From: Neophaeotheca triangularis
Taxonomy: Eukaryota
Length of the DNA: 64,000 nucleotides
Direction: 5' to 3'
NCBI GenBank assembly: GCA_054600435.1
Contig: BAAIJX010000002.1
Span: 124,001 to 188,000 of the forward strand
Position numbers and translations under genes: made by a program. This document shows positions 25,017 through 36,944 of the stretch, in pieces (within the stretch, counting starts at the first letter, position 1; each line of letters begins with the position of its first letter). The notes beneath the pieces were generated by a model, which saw only the letters and a program-made list of their open reading frames with translations, had not been told where the DNA came from and made no database searches.

Positions 25017-25688
25017 ATGGGCGGCTCAGCATCCAAAACCGCACGCTCGGCTGGCGCAGCAGCCCGCCAGTACCCCAAACGCACCCCAGCACCCACCTCG
25101 GGCTCTGCGAACACCACAACCACCAACACCCCCCAGACCACCACCAACAGCCCACCGCAACCCCCACCCGCCCCGACCTCCTCCGCAGGGCCAACAGTCC
25201 GCCCTCAACCCCGCGCCACAGGCTCGCGCTCCGAAGCCATCAACCTCGACGCCTCCGACCCGGACTTCGCGCGCTCGCTGCGCTCCCTAGGCCCCGTGCA
25301 ACCCAACCCCACCATGTCCCCGACCTCCGCCTTCCAGCACCCCGGCAATACCAACCGCAACGCTACCCAGTCGCAGCGGAGTTCCATCTTCCCCGACCCG
25401 CGTCAGAACCCCGCGGTCGCTGTTCTCGAATCGCGTGCGCAGTTGCAGGCACAGGCTGATGAGGAGGGGGAGAGGTATGGCAAGAGTGGGTTTGAGGGGA
25501 GGGAGTTTTTGGACGTTTTTACGATTCGGCAGATTATGGTTTTGCGGGATGGGAAGGGGGAGAGTGGGGAGCAGATTGAGCGGCGGTTGGGGCTGAAGAG
25601 AGGGACGGTGGAGAGGTTGGGGCCGAGGGGGGTGGTTGCTGTGGCGGATGAGGCTGGCAGGGCCGAGAAGGAAATTAGTATGGTTTGA
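25017..25688 (+). CDS. Conserved fungal protein with predicted N-myristoylation start and C-terminal helix-turn-helix
   Basis: MGGSASK start; D(A/P)xDPDFARSLRSLGPV block; C-terminal FLDVFTIRQIMVLRD..EQIERRLGLKRGTVERLG is HTH-like. Confidence 0.75.
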   Translation: MGGSASKTARSAGAAARQYPKRTPAPTSGSANTTTTNTPQTTTNSPPQPPPAPTSSAGPTVRPQPRATGSRSEAINLDASDPDFARSLRSLGPVQPNPTMSPTSAFQHPGNTNRNATQSQRSSIFPDPRQNPAVAVLESRAQLQAQADEEGERYGKSGFEGREFLDVFTIRQIMVLRDGKGESGEQIERRLGLKRGTVERLGPRGVVAVADEAGRAEKEISMV

Positions 25689-27088
25689 GGGGTATTTGGC
25701 TAAGGGTTTATTGAGTTGCCCCTAAGGGTGGGTTGCTGTTGGAGGCTTGGGTATGCTTTTTGGGTGTGCTTCGAAAGGAGACTGCTACTCGGCAGCTTCC
25801 CGACCAATTTGCGCGTCGTTTTATGGAATGCTCCAAAAAGCGCAAAATGACAAAGAGGGTCCGTGAAGGCTGATTGCCATGCTAGAGGTTTGCTGTTGTA
25901 GATGCCGTCAGGAGCCAGAGGCGTCTATGGTCATCGGGATAACCCTAGGCGGCGCGGCAATGAAGACACGAAGACAGCAGCGGGGGCCCAACATGGTAAT
26001 AGCTACGCCGTAGCATCCCCGCGTATCGGCTGACAATCGCCATGCGTCGGACATTGGCAACTTGATGCGGGCCGGAGGTTTGTGGACGATGTTTAGGAAG
26101 ATGAAAAGATCGCTTAGCCTGCGATCAGAAGCACCACTCGAAATGAACTGTAACACTACTACAAGCTACATATCGTACTGTACACTATCAACAAACGAAT
26201 TTCGCTGATATCGCGGCGGCATTCACTTGCAAGTCAGCCATCGCTGGAAGTGAGCCAGAAACTGATTTGGCACGTCAGTCGATCGACTGTACCATTACAT
26301 TAATCTCAGCTTCGGAGAGCACATCAATCCTCAAAGCGTATTCGCGTCAGCGCCAGTCATCAAGCACGTCGTATGCGACCTTTGCGTTGGCAACGATAGA
26401 AACGTAGCGCGCTAGGAAGAACACTACGGATTCAAGAAAGGGTCGCATGCCTTGGACGAGACCTGCGCAACTCAACAGCTTGCCGTGCCAACCCAGCTGA
26501 TGCATCGCTACCTAGGTATATGAAACAACCCGAGGAGTTTTTCAGCCCCGGCATTATGCGTTGATTGGATCATAAGCATCACGATCGAGCTCCCTCAACT
26601 CGAGATGCGCACTTGGAGCACATTGCTAAGGGGTCTGTGAGGGGAAGACCGCTAGATCGTCCTTATTTATATACACGAGAGCTCCTATGTGTCCCGCCCT
26701 TTCCACGCTTCATTGGGAGACTAGAGGACGACTATTATTGCGCTATCATAGCGCTAGGAAAACAGTCGCAGATGTGTGAGAGTCGCAATGCTTCTCGTAC
26801 CTGGCGACATGAGTAGGTCGTACAACACTCTATCGTTCTCCAAGTGTGAAGAGGACGTCCGTGGACGTCGTCGTTTCTCGCACGGTCCAACGACTTTCGT
26901 CTCACCTCGGCTGTCAACAACACTTCCAAGGTTCACTCTAATAACCTCGTTATGTAGGCCAACATCCGACGAACTCCAGCACCCGAGCAATCCTCAAACA
27001 GTAGGACATCAGACAGTAGGAAGAACACCTTCCACAAACCTTCTCTCATCTTGAACATCAAAACTTCCTTTATTCCATCAAACCCAGC

Positions 27089-28117
27089 ATGCGCGCCATC
27101 CACCTCCCCGCCTTCGCTCCTAACCCCTCCCTCCTCACCCCCTCTAGCATCCCGACCCCCACCCCAAAAGAAGACGAATACCTCATCCGCGTCACCCACT
27201 GCAGCCCCCAGCACGCCGACATCCTGCACGCCCAAGGCAAACACCAAAACAACAATGCCAAGCGCGGTTTTGTGCACCCTCCTTTTGTGCTAGGCTTCGA
27301 TTTCGCCGGCGTTATCCAGAGCGGACCGAGCGAAAGCGACGGCAGGGGTTTGGAACAGGGCGACAGAGTTTTTGGCGCGGCGTTGGGAGCTTTCGCCGAG
27401 TTTGTGTGTGCTAAGAGTGAAAGGATACGAAGGGTACCCGAGGGCTTGGGGAGTGAGGTTGCGTGTGCGGCTTCCGGGCAGGCGGTAAGTTATGCGGCGG
27501 TTGTAGAGATTGCTAAGGTCGCAAGGGGAGAGACGGTTCTAGTCTCGGGCGCGAGTGGTGGGTTGGGGAGTGTGTGTTGTAGTGTTGCTAAGGCGGCCGG
27601 GGCGAGGGTTATTGCTCTTGCAGGGGATGAGGAGAAAGCTAGGGTAATGCGGGGGCAGATGGGGGTTGAAGTGGTTGTTATGCAGGGGGAGTGGGTTAAG
27701 GAGGTGCTGGGGGTGACGGGTGGACAGGGCGTAGATGCCGTGATGGATAATACTGGCATGGTGAATGATGCTCTACGCTGTTTAGCGTATGGTGGCCGCA
27801 TTGTCATTCTCGGGTTCGCGGCGAGAAAGGGTGTTATGGAAGAGGTTAAGATGAATAAGCTTCTTTTGAAGAGTGCTACAGTGATAGGGTATAGGTTTGG
27901 AGAAAGTGGTCGCCGACACCCTAGTGATCTTGAACGAACGTGGGAAGGCTATCTCAAGATGCTGGAATCGGGTCACGCTACACCAATGCTATATGGGAAT
28001 TACAACGGGCTGGAAGACATTGGTAGAGCACTAGGAGATCTGGCCGAGCGGAAGGTACATGGCAAGATTGTAGTTAAGATTGCGGATGACAAAGACACGG
28101 AAAAGGCAAAGTTGTGA
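27089..28117 (+). CDS. Medium-chain dehydrogenase/reductase, zeta-crystallin/quinone-oxidoreductase-like
   Basis: PFVLGFDFAG, GDRVFG..GAFAEF, VLVSGASGGLG nucleotide-binding motif, GKIVV C-terminus; no catalytic Zn Cys/His motif; intronless 342 aa. Confidence 0.9.
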   Translation: MRAIHLPAFAPNPSLLTPSSIPTPTPKEDEYLIRVTHCSPQHADILHAQGKHQNNNAKRGFVHPPFVLGFDFAGVIQSGPSESDGRGLEQGDRVFGAALGAFAEFVCAKSERIRRVPEGLGSEVACAASGQAVSYAAVVEIAKVARGETVLVSGASGGLGSVCCSVAKAAGARVIALAGDEEKARVMRGQMGVEVVVMQGEWVKEVLGVTGGQGVDAVMDNTGMVNDALRCLAYGGRIVILGFAARKGVMEEVKMNKLLLKSATVIGYRFGESGRRHPSDLERTWEGYLKMLESGHATPMLYGNYNGLEDIGRALGDLAERKVHGKIVVKIADDKDTEKAKL

Positions 28118-28581
28118 CCTACTCCTCTCGCCGGTCGTCCCTCTCGCTGCTACCCGGACTACTTCTCGTTTACGAAGTCAAAGACACCGGCCAATCTAAG
28201 GAGTCTGCTCACGCGACCTTCAGTAGACAGACCTCACTAGAGCAAAAGCCGAAAACGACAAAGTACTGACCCAGCACTGTGCCCCACCGGCTTCCGCAGC
28301 AGGTAAGTCGCTCCCATCTATGTGCAGCCAAGCCAAACGAAAAGCGCCGGCCCAAAGACCTAGCACCCATCGACTCATACCAACACGGCTAACGCCCAAA
28401 CCCAAAAGTAAAAGAGCAAAAAGAACCCAGACCCTCAACTCGCTCCTACCCCCTCGCTCGCAAACCCCCAAATCCCCAACCCGGCCCGCCCAAAGCAGCC
28501 AGCCAGCACCCACCCACCGCTACTCCCCTCAAAAGCGCTCCCACAACGCCGTTGCCCTCCCTTCCCCCTTGCCCCAGCCTT

Positions 28582-28761
28582 CTACAACCCCCTCTCCGCC
28601 CCAGCCACAGCTTGCAGGTTCTCGGGTTTTCGCGCACACTTGGCGCAAAGCTCGCGTTTCTTGATAACCGGCCCTACGAGCATTTTGCAGTGGCATTTGT
28701 CGTTCATGTAGGTTGTTGTGCTGTGGAGGCATTGGTAGGATGTTTGGGAAGCGAGACACAT
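28582..28761 (-). CDS. Candidate 59-aa Cys/His-rich small protein
   Basis: MCLASQTSYQCLHSTTTYMNDKCHCKMLVGPVIKKRELCAKCARKPENLQAVAGAERGL*; ATG preceded by an A-run; falls below the 60-aa ORF track cut-off. Confidence 0.5.
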   Translation of the reverse strand: MCLASQTSYQCLHSTTTYMNDKCHCKMLVGPVIKKRELCAKCARKPENLQAVAGAERGL

Positions 28762-28805
28762 TTTTTTATCCCTTGTTTAGGCTTGGGGGATGGGTTCGGG
28801 GGGTT

Positions 28806-28856
28806 TGGCTGATTTGATTGATTTGGTTGGTTGGTTGGTTGGTTGGTCGGTTGGTC
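28806..28856. repeat. (TTGG/TTGA)n microsatellite
   Basis: ttggctgatttgattgatttggttggttggttggttggttggtcggttgg is visible directly. Confidence 0.8.
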
Positions 28857-29344
28857 TAGGTGGTTGATTGTTCGGTGGATTGGTTCTTGGGCGGGTGGAG
28901 GACAGGTTTGATAGGAAGATGGTTTTGATCCGTGGAGGAGAGTTGTCGAAGGTGAATGGGTCGACCGACGTAGAGTAAATTGGTTGGGAAAAGTGATAGG
29001 AAGTGCAGAAGGAATCGCAGCCTCGAGGGCCGTTTTCAAGATCCGTCGTGCTCAGTCACTGCAATCGAAACGTCACGGATGGAATGGCGAACACAGCCTT
29101 GAACACCCCAGTGTTGTAAGTAAGAAGCTAACTCCCCATGCAATCGTTATCACATCACTCATGACCCAAAATACAGCCCCAAGCCACCCAAACACAACCA
29201 CAAAAAGCTCTCCAAAACAGACTTACCTTCCGTACGCATTCTCGAGTCTCTTCGATTTTCTTCTCCCGGAGCACAAGCAACCACTCATCCTCTCGGAAAC
29301 GCAGCCACTACCTGTGCACCCAAAATCCCCGATGCCTTACCCAA

Positions 29345-31826
29345 TTACTCCCCCCACCTCCTAGCATCGAACAAATCCACACTCCTCTGCAACTTATGCA
29401 CAACCCTGGGCGCAGCGAGGAGAGCGGGAGAAGAAGCAGGGCCGGCAGCATGGTAGCCAGCACGTAGTTGAGAAGCTGAAGTTGATGGAGACTGGAAGTA
29501 TCTACAAAAAAGGAAAGGGGCTTGGGTCAACCTCTCTCTTATTGGAAAAAAAAAAAAGGGTGGCAGCGACGGCAACGCTAACCGAACAGTAGCGCTCTGT
29601 TTCCAGCGCCATGCGGTCCCATCCTTTCTTCGCGCTCAGCATGTCAGAAAACGAATGAAGAGACTTACGCATCATCATCTCTGTTCCCCGCAATTCCCAA
29701 CCCAGCAGCTTCATCATCGCGTCCACTAGCCGCCGCGGCAGCCGCGCTGGCCATAGCGGCATCGACATCGTCGTCGGCAGCGGTGACGGCAGTGACAGGG
29801 GCGGTTTCTTCGCTGTCTCCTGGAATTGTGCCACTGAGACTGCCGGTCGCAGGTTCTTCGTCGTCGTTGGTGGTGTGAGCGGCGTCGTCAGCCTTGAGAC
29901 CGAAGGGGACGTTGCTGCCGTTTTCTTCGTCGGCGTCGAGTTCGAGGAGGAAAGTTTCCCAGAGTTCGATGAGCTGTTGACATACATAGTCAGTAAAATG
30001 ATACATGAAAGCGAGTTGTCGAGGAATAATAAACTCACCTGCTTTTGCGCCTCAACAGCAGTTTCCAGAAACGTCTCAACCCCGCTCTTGAAATCCTCCA
30101 CCTTCTCCTTTTCAAAGCGTTCCAATTCCTGCCGCATCAAGCGTCCCATATCCTCGAACAGCAGCCTTGAAGCGTTGACCTTACGCTCAGCGTCCGCAAC
30201 ATCCGCCTGCATCTGGCCGATCCTCTCTTGTTGCGTGCGACCCGCGCGTAGAAGCTTCTCCTGCTGCTTTTTCACCTCTTGCAATTTGGACTCAGCCGAA
30301 TGCCAAGAGTGATAGGCCTTTTGGCGTTGCTCGAAAGCTTTCTTCACGCTGCCAATAAGTCGGATGTACTCGTCGATTACTATGCCGAGGGTGAGGACGT
30401 CTTGCATTGCCTGGCGTTGGTAGAGTTCCTGGATGCGTTCTTGCAAATCGCCTAGGGAGTCAAGTGGGCCGCTGAGGGATGCGCTGAGTTCAACGGCTGC
30501 GAGGTTGTGCAGGGAGTTGCTAAATTCGCCGCAGCTTTCGGCTAGGGCTTTGCGTTGGCCTACGACTGTGTCTGCGGATTTTTGGAGAGCTTTAAGTTGA
30601 TTTTCCAAAGCATCGAGGTAGATTTTGCGGTCGTGGAACCAGTCGTCGTGTTCGATGAATTTGCCTCCGCCGCCGCCGCCTCCGAGTCCAATGCTGCTCA
30701 TCAAGCCTTTGCTCTCGCCTGCGCCAAGAAGTGGGTCTTTGCGGTCTTTGTGCTTAATGTCCACGTTGAAGGCCTCACTCTCGAGGAATGTCTTAAGATC
30801 ACCATCATGTTGCAAGACGGGGTGAGCTGCGATTTTGTTGATCTGTCTCTCTAGTGCCATGCGTCTGCTCTCGACGAACTCCGTATTGAATCTTCCGACT
30901 GCTTGCTTCTCCGGGGGTGGAGGAACGACAACGCCAGGGTTGTTTGTATGAAGCTGGTTGTAAAGCCATAGGAAATCGCGATACCGGCGCGTCACGGTGA
31001 AGGACGGGTTGAGGTAGGCTTTGGAGGTTGTTTTCGTGATAACAGAGTAGACAGTGTGAGAGTTGGTAGCATTGCCGACAGTATGGGGATCTCCGACGGT
31101 GATGTTGAATGTGGGTTTTGACGCCTGCTCCACGGACATGGAAGGGTGAGGCTGGCGCATGCGGTTGTCGAATTGTGGCGGTTGAACGGGAGGGGGGACC
31201 CGGGCGCCATTGGAAGGAGAGCTCGCATCATTTTCAAGGTCATTGCTGTGGATAGAGGAATCGCCCGTGCTCGGTCTACCGCCTTGCGACTGTCCAGGCC
31301 TGCTAGCGAGCTCTTTCGTCGGGGGTGTTGGGGCAGGTGGCTCTTCCGTCGGCTCCATACCTAGAGGGCCAAGAGGGCCCATCGAGTCGTCGATACTCTC
31401 GAGGACAGTTGATTGTGTGAGGTTTCCATGACGTCTGTTTGGCCGGCTCTTTACAGGGGCTGGCTTTGCGCCGCTGACGGGTGAGGGAGAGGAAGCGGGT
31501 TTGGTCTGCTGCGACGGCGGTGATGGCACTGCAGTTGTTTGTAAGGTGGAGTTCTCCCTTGAGCATGTCTGTCTCAACATACCTGAAGGCGATTGATTCT
31601 CCTCTTCCTGTGCCGCGGCCTTGGGGAGATTGTGGTTTGAATGCGAGCGCGACGGAACATCTATCAGCTGTGTTAACAGGTGTGCGGGAGTGGGGAGTCG
31701 CGGGAGAGGCTTGAGCATACCATCCCAGGGAGAGCTGCCTTCGTCCATGTCGGGCCAAGGGTTTTTAAGGGGGTTAGTATGGAGAGAAGAGGAGTTGTTG
31801 TCGTGATAGTCGTTGTCGTCGGCCAT
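29345..31826 (-). CDS. VPS5: Retromer sorting nexin Vps5 (PX-BAR)
   Basis: PX (ITVGDPHTVG..RRYRDFLWLY..VPPPPEKQAVGRF..VESRR) plus BAR domain; introns 30039-29976 and 29668-29502; probable extra in-frame 5' introns and an alternative start at MDEGSSPW. Confidence 0.93.
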
Positions 31827-33799
31827 GTCGCTCGCTGCCTTCCAGCTTGCTTAGGTTGACGTCTGTCTCGTGGAGCTCTCCCGTAGCCGTAGGTACCGTA
31901 CTAGGTGCCTAGGTACCGTGTACATCGGCAACTCCGCGCGTCAATCGCCCGGTCCGTGCCACTGCAACTCTCCAGCTGCTGGTGTTTCCTGAGTTCCTCA
32001 CCTCGAGCGACTTCACCACGACTGCTTCCCTCCGTCAAAAGACTCTTTGATTGTGTGGAAATGAAGAAACCGTGCGCTACTGGTCGAGATGTGGATGACC
32101 TCGTCCGAGATGACGGTAGCCGAAGTGGAATCGATCGCTGGGTCCTATCGAGAACAGCGCCCTAGGCCACTTGGCTGTCTGTCTTGTGGCCCTTGCGCTC
32201 GTTCCTTACCAACCTCACCTGGCCAGGCACAGGTCAAAGTACCGGCGACAATGACACGACACAGACACGACACAAGAGTTGTTCTTTGCCATGCCGTAAT
32301 GTCCATTAAAAGCGGATTCTACTGGCCCAGTGGCTTCGGCAACTCAAAAGGCTTGGCCTCAGGCCAACTTATACGCTTCCATCGATGTCGCCTCATCCTA
32401 TGCTCCGCTCTTGTGAGATCATATCGATCGTGTAATGCTAGCTTAGCGGCCTTCACGGCGAAGCGTTCGCGTGCGGTCTGCCCAGCTCGTCTATTAACAA
32501 TTACCCTTCTATCACGGCTTTGTTACGTCGTCTTCTGCACGACCTGTGTCACCTCCACTTCTTAGATTTAGATACCTAGTCGCTAGTGAGTCAACAGGGA
32601 AGAGCAAGCAGTCCTTGATCGGGCTTGCTAGGAGTCATTCAACCCCTAGTGGCTGGTAGGCTCAAAAAGAATCCACCGCAGCGCATTTACAAGTATATTC
32701 GCAAGCTTATAACTCCCTCCAATCCATGCAGTGTAGTGATAATCAGCTAGTCATACATACTGGGACAGACATTGACGAGGATTGCCTCCATTTACTAGCA
32801 CAGCATGTAGAGTCAGTACTTTTCGTGTTTTCTAAGGCGGACGCCGTCAAACTAGCCCGAGAGCTCCTGATTCGATAGAATGCTAGGTGTGTTTGCGGTT
32901 AGGGCAGAGCAATTCCAGGCTTCGGACTCGGGAAGAAGGTCGCTCCCAACCCTGTCACAGCTGATGCACGTTATGTCAGAACATGCGTCGGAAAGTGAAA
33001 ACCTGGCGCTCTGTAAGCTGCGGAATCAATGTGGCAGCAGTGTCGATACTCGTCGCCCTCATGAACAGGGCTGGACCGTGAACAACAGGGATTTCTCAGC
33101 CATGGGCGAAGAGCTACTACTCCCCTCAGCCAACAAGGGGTAAAAATTTACTCCGCCACATGTTTCGAGCAAACCCTTTTGAACCCTCGAGTAAACTTGA
33201 AAAGGGAGGGGACTTGATCTTCAAGGCAAACGAGATAGCAAAAAGGAACTCCACTCTAACGAACGAAGGTAGCAAACTCCGATTGAACGGTAAGAGAATC
33301 CCCGAGTAATCTCAAGAGGCCAGCGTTTGACTTTACAAGAGTCCGATTCGAACGCCCGTCTAATCCGGTAGAGACTGTTGTCTCAGGTGGTGGTGTTGCG
33401 TCAGCTGAACTTAAGCCAGTGTGACGCTCCAGCCATTGGGCCAATCGATGTTTCAAGACTTTTGATGGGGGATTCGGCGGAAGGTTGAATATATGGTCTG
33501 GAGAGATTGCGAGGTTGGTATCGATTGAGCCGTTGGTGCCTCAGGAGATGCGCGTGTGGGCTGTACGGTTGTGTCGCTAGGTTTCCTCGCCTACCTTGGA
33601 TGTCCTTTTGTGCTTTCGCCCATGTGCGAGTCATGGATCTTCCTACATAGTATCCAGTCCAGATCGACCACCGCCTCTTTTCTTCGTACGACCTGCCAGA
33701 TATTGGCAAATTCATCTCCTGTCATGTTGCGTCAAGCTCACAACTGATCGACACCTCCTCATTCAAGAGACTTTTTGAGAACAGCAAAGTCTCGACCTC

Positions 33800-35077
33800 T
33801 CACAAGCCGCTCTCGCTTCGTTCCCGGAACGCAAATATAGCATCTGCGCATGCCTTTGCGTTCACTATCGGAACATCATGCCCGCCTTCCAGGACATCGA
33901 CGTGCACGTTCTCTTCCCCAAAAGCGCTTTTAACATCCTCTGACGTCTCATCCTTCACAACAACACCATCAGTCTCACCTAGTAGCACCAACACTCTCTT
34001 CTCCCTCAGCGCCATCGCCTTCGCTTCCTCATCGGCCGACGCTCTTCTACCAACTTTCTGCCTTTCGCCAACGATTTTCCACCTCCCATGCTGCTCCATA
34101 ATAGGCGCATTCTGGATGCCCGAAACAAAAGCCGGCACAAACCCCGGGTGCTCCTCCAACTGCCACGCCACTGCATTCGCTACACTAATACCCGGCCGAT
34201 GTGGAAAAAGCGACGCCTCTGAATCTCTCGCAAGTGCCGGATGCCCAACCGCTCCCTCCTCCTCATTCCCTTTCGGCATTTCGCCAACAGCCGCCTTTGC
34301 AGGCCCAGTCGTAGCCTCGGGATTTCCTGCCTTCCCCTTCTCCTCCGATGTCGAAGATCCTCCACCCCTCAATCGCCTCGCCACCAACCACCCCACAAGC
34401 CCTGTAGGCAAAAGTCCCGAATACAAGAATTTCGAGCCCGTCCCAATCCTACTCGGTCTCATGACCCCACTCGGCGCCAAAAGCACCAACCCCCCAACCA
34501 ACCGCGGAAACCACGAAGCAAAACCCGCCGCAATCCCGCCACCAAGACTATACCCAACCAGCGTAAACCTCTCGTCGCCCAACCAGCCAGTGGGGCAGGG
34601 GCTCGAAGCCAGCACGTGGAAGATCACGTTGCTGAAGAAGTTGAGATTCTGCGGCATAGTCTCGGGGTCAGGGCAGTCGGAATACCCACGGCCTGGGAGA
34701 TCGAAGAGACAGACGCGGCAGTGGTACTCGTTGGCTAGGACGTGTGCGAGCGAGGCCAGCGAGACGCAAGGGGTGCTGATGCCGTGGATGAGGAGGATTT
34801 TGCGGCCGGTCTCCGGGCCGAATTCGTAGGCTCGTTGGCTGCCGTAGGGAGTTGGGATGTCTCTAGCGCCTGGGAGGGCAGTTGGCGGGTATGGGTGATT
34901 GGAGGAGAGCGTTCGGGGTTGGGTGTGCAGTGGCGAGCGATAGATTTCGGGTTCTTGCTTAGCTTGGGAGAGAAGGTGGTAGGCTAGCCTCGTTGCGGTT
35001 GAGGCTGCTATGGGGATTGTGATGAGGAGTGTGAGAATCTTTTTGTCCCGCCAGTCGAGGCGGTTGAGGATGCCCAT
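33800..35077 (-). CDS. Alpha/beta hydrolase with N-terminal membrane anchor
   Basis: LLIHGIS oxyanion motif, FDLPGRGYS, GYSLGG nucleophile elbow, LGETD acid, GGHD His; intronless 425 aa. Confidence 0.9.
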   Translation of the reverse strand: MGILNRLDWRDKKILTLLITIPIAASTATRLAYHLLSQAKQEPEIYRSPLHTQPRTLSSNHPYPPTALPGARDIPTPYGSQRAYEFGPETGRKILLIHGISTPCVSLASLAHVLANEYHCRVCLFDLPGRGYSDCPDPETMPQNLNFFSNVIFHVLASSPCPTGWLGDERFTLVGYSLGGGIAAGFASWFPRLVGGLVLLAPSGVMRPSRIGTGSKFLYSGLLPTGLVGWLVARRLRGGGSSTSEEKGKAGNPEATTGPAKAAVGEMPKGNEEEGAVGHPALARDSEASLFPHRPGISVANAVAWQLEEHPGFVPAFVSGIQNAPIMEQHGRWKIVGERQKVGRRASADEEAKAMALREKRVLVLLGETDGVVVKDETSEDVKSAFGEENVHVDVLEGGHDVPIVNAKACADAIFAFRERSESGL

Positions 35078-36944
35078 GATTTTGTTCGATCGTTGGTATC
35101 TCGATGTGTAAATTGTCCCGTTGTCTGATCTTGATGTATGCCTTTATTGCTGTCTATGCTGACCGACGCAGAAAACCCGGTGATTTTGCGATATTACTTT
35201 ATCGCAAATTCGCTTTACAATGGGAATGAAAAAAAATGCAATACTCTATGTACTATATCTATATCCAAAAGACCACACGACTAGAAGCCCAGAGCATTTC
35301 GGGTATTGACACTCGCCTCGGCAGCTGAAAGAACGGCTTCCATTGGACAATTTGAATTGGAGCTAACGAACGAGCAAATTCCCCGGCAAGCTGCAGGCTG
35401 AATCCAAGCGTTGCCGTAAGATCAACGAGGATGCTGCTCGTCGCTCAAGAAGCCACTCGGTGAGAGAACAACAAGACGGGAGACAATCGCCCGAATTGTA
35501 CAATTCCCTCCACACATCAGCGCGAGAGGTGGTGGACCTATCGAGTATCTTCAACAATTCAAGACGGCCGATATCATACAACGTGCACCATCTACATCAA
35601 CAGCAACATCGCCACCACTCCTATCTTTTCCCGGCATAGTCTTCCCCAGCTATGATGATTCCGCCATAGTCACCGCAACCTACCTTCCGTGACTACTCGT
35701 GGCGTTTGGTTGCCCATCAGACCTCTTTTTCTGGTCACGTCAAAGGCGAACAATGCTGTCAAGTCACAGTCATGTACTGGTCCTTACGCGCCATCCCTTG
35801 TAGTGTCTATTGACGTATGGACAGTGGTGGTGATTTTGACATCTTTAAAGCCGCATTTGGTACTGGTGACCTCTTCATACGATATAGGCTCCAAGTCAAG
35901 GCGAGACGTCGCGGGAAGCGCGTCCATGTGCTGCCGGTTTGGCATACTTGAAAAGTCATGCCCGCCGCCCGTAAGCTGGCGCTCCACGCCGTCATCAGAA
36001 AAGGCTCCGGATAGCTCGAGTTTGTCTCCCGTTCGATTCCAATTGCAGGCGCTTAGCCTCATCGGAATGTGACCGGCGCCTTGAAGGACGGGTTCGATAA
36101 CCGGGCCATCTGAATGGCGTTATTTCTTTTCTCCTCAATCTGCCGAAAACAACTCAACAGAGCTTTGAGATATTTTGTGGTATTCCCTTGGCTCGCTGGG
36201 ATGAGTGTGGACTTTTTAAGTTGAGAAGGAGAAGCATTCGGATCGATAGAGATGATACCTCGCAGACCACGAGGCCCTGCGCTATGCTCGGAAGTTGTAG
36301 GACCGAGAAGAATGCACGGCACAATCGCATTGGGTATGTGTTCTCATTGGTAGGCTGTGCGAATCGAGGCCACTTCGCCGCTAATCCAGGGCCAAATGCT
36401 GTCTTAATCCCCTTCAGCGTGAAGATCGCCATCGCGAAGGATCTTGTAGGAAGAACCAAAGGCTCTCCTCAACGCCTAGCATCATTGATCGCTGTGAGGA
36501 AGCGGATCGCAAGTGGTCTAAGGAGTCTTCTGCACTGTGAAGTCTCACACCAGGGCCCTTTTGTCAGAGCTCATGAAGGCTCAAAATGTTACAGTGGTGC
36601 AACGAGAGCGCTCTCTTTCTGTGTGATATTCTGCCCCGGCTGGTGGCCCCTAGCTGCGACTATCACGCGAAGAGCGATTCTTCTGGTTTGTATCTTGTTT
36701 TGGAATGCGAAAAAAAAAAGAAAAAAGAGGGAATAGTATTGCATTGAGCGTTCATCTGCTTGCAGCATATTGCGCATCTCGAGGCACAGACCACTACGCT
36801 AACCCGTTCCTGAGTCGCTGTTTACATTCCAAGGGACCACGACCACCTACAGCCGGGCAGTACATTCACTTCCTTGGATATTGTCGCGGGTCGACGCAAC
36901 GACTGATCGAAACAACTTGCCACATTGAATACCAGTCCGCAAAG

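Noticed and set aside
31888..31925. Cluster of GGTACC/CCTAGG palindromes upstream of VPS5
   Set aside because: Short low-complexity promoter sequence with no extended stem or second copy.
33335..33450. Minus-strand Pol III-like A box (TGGCCCAATGG) and B box (GCGTTCGAATC) with a small GAGAC/GTCTC hairpin
   Set aside because: Acceptor, anticodon and T stems do not pair by eye, so no tRNA can be supported; tRNAscan-SE or Infernal would decide.
35363..36460. Chain of short minus-strand ORFs with some splice-like signals
   Set aside because: The splice join I tried hits a stop codon and no domain is recognisable.
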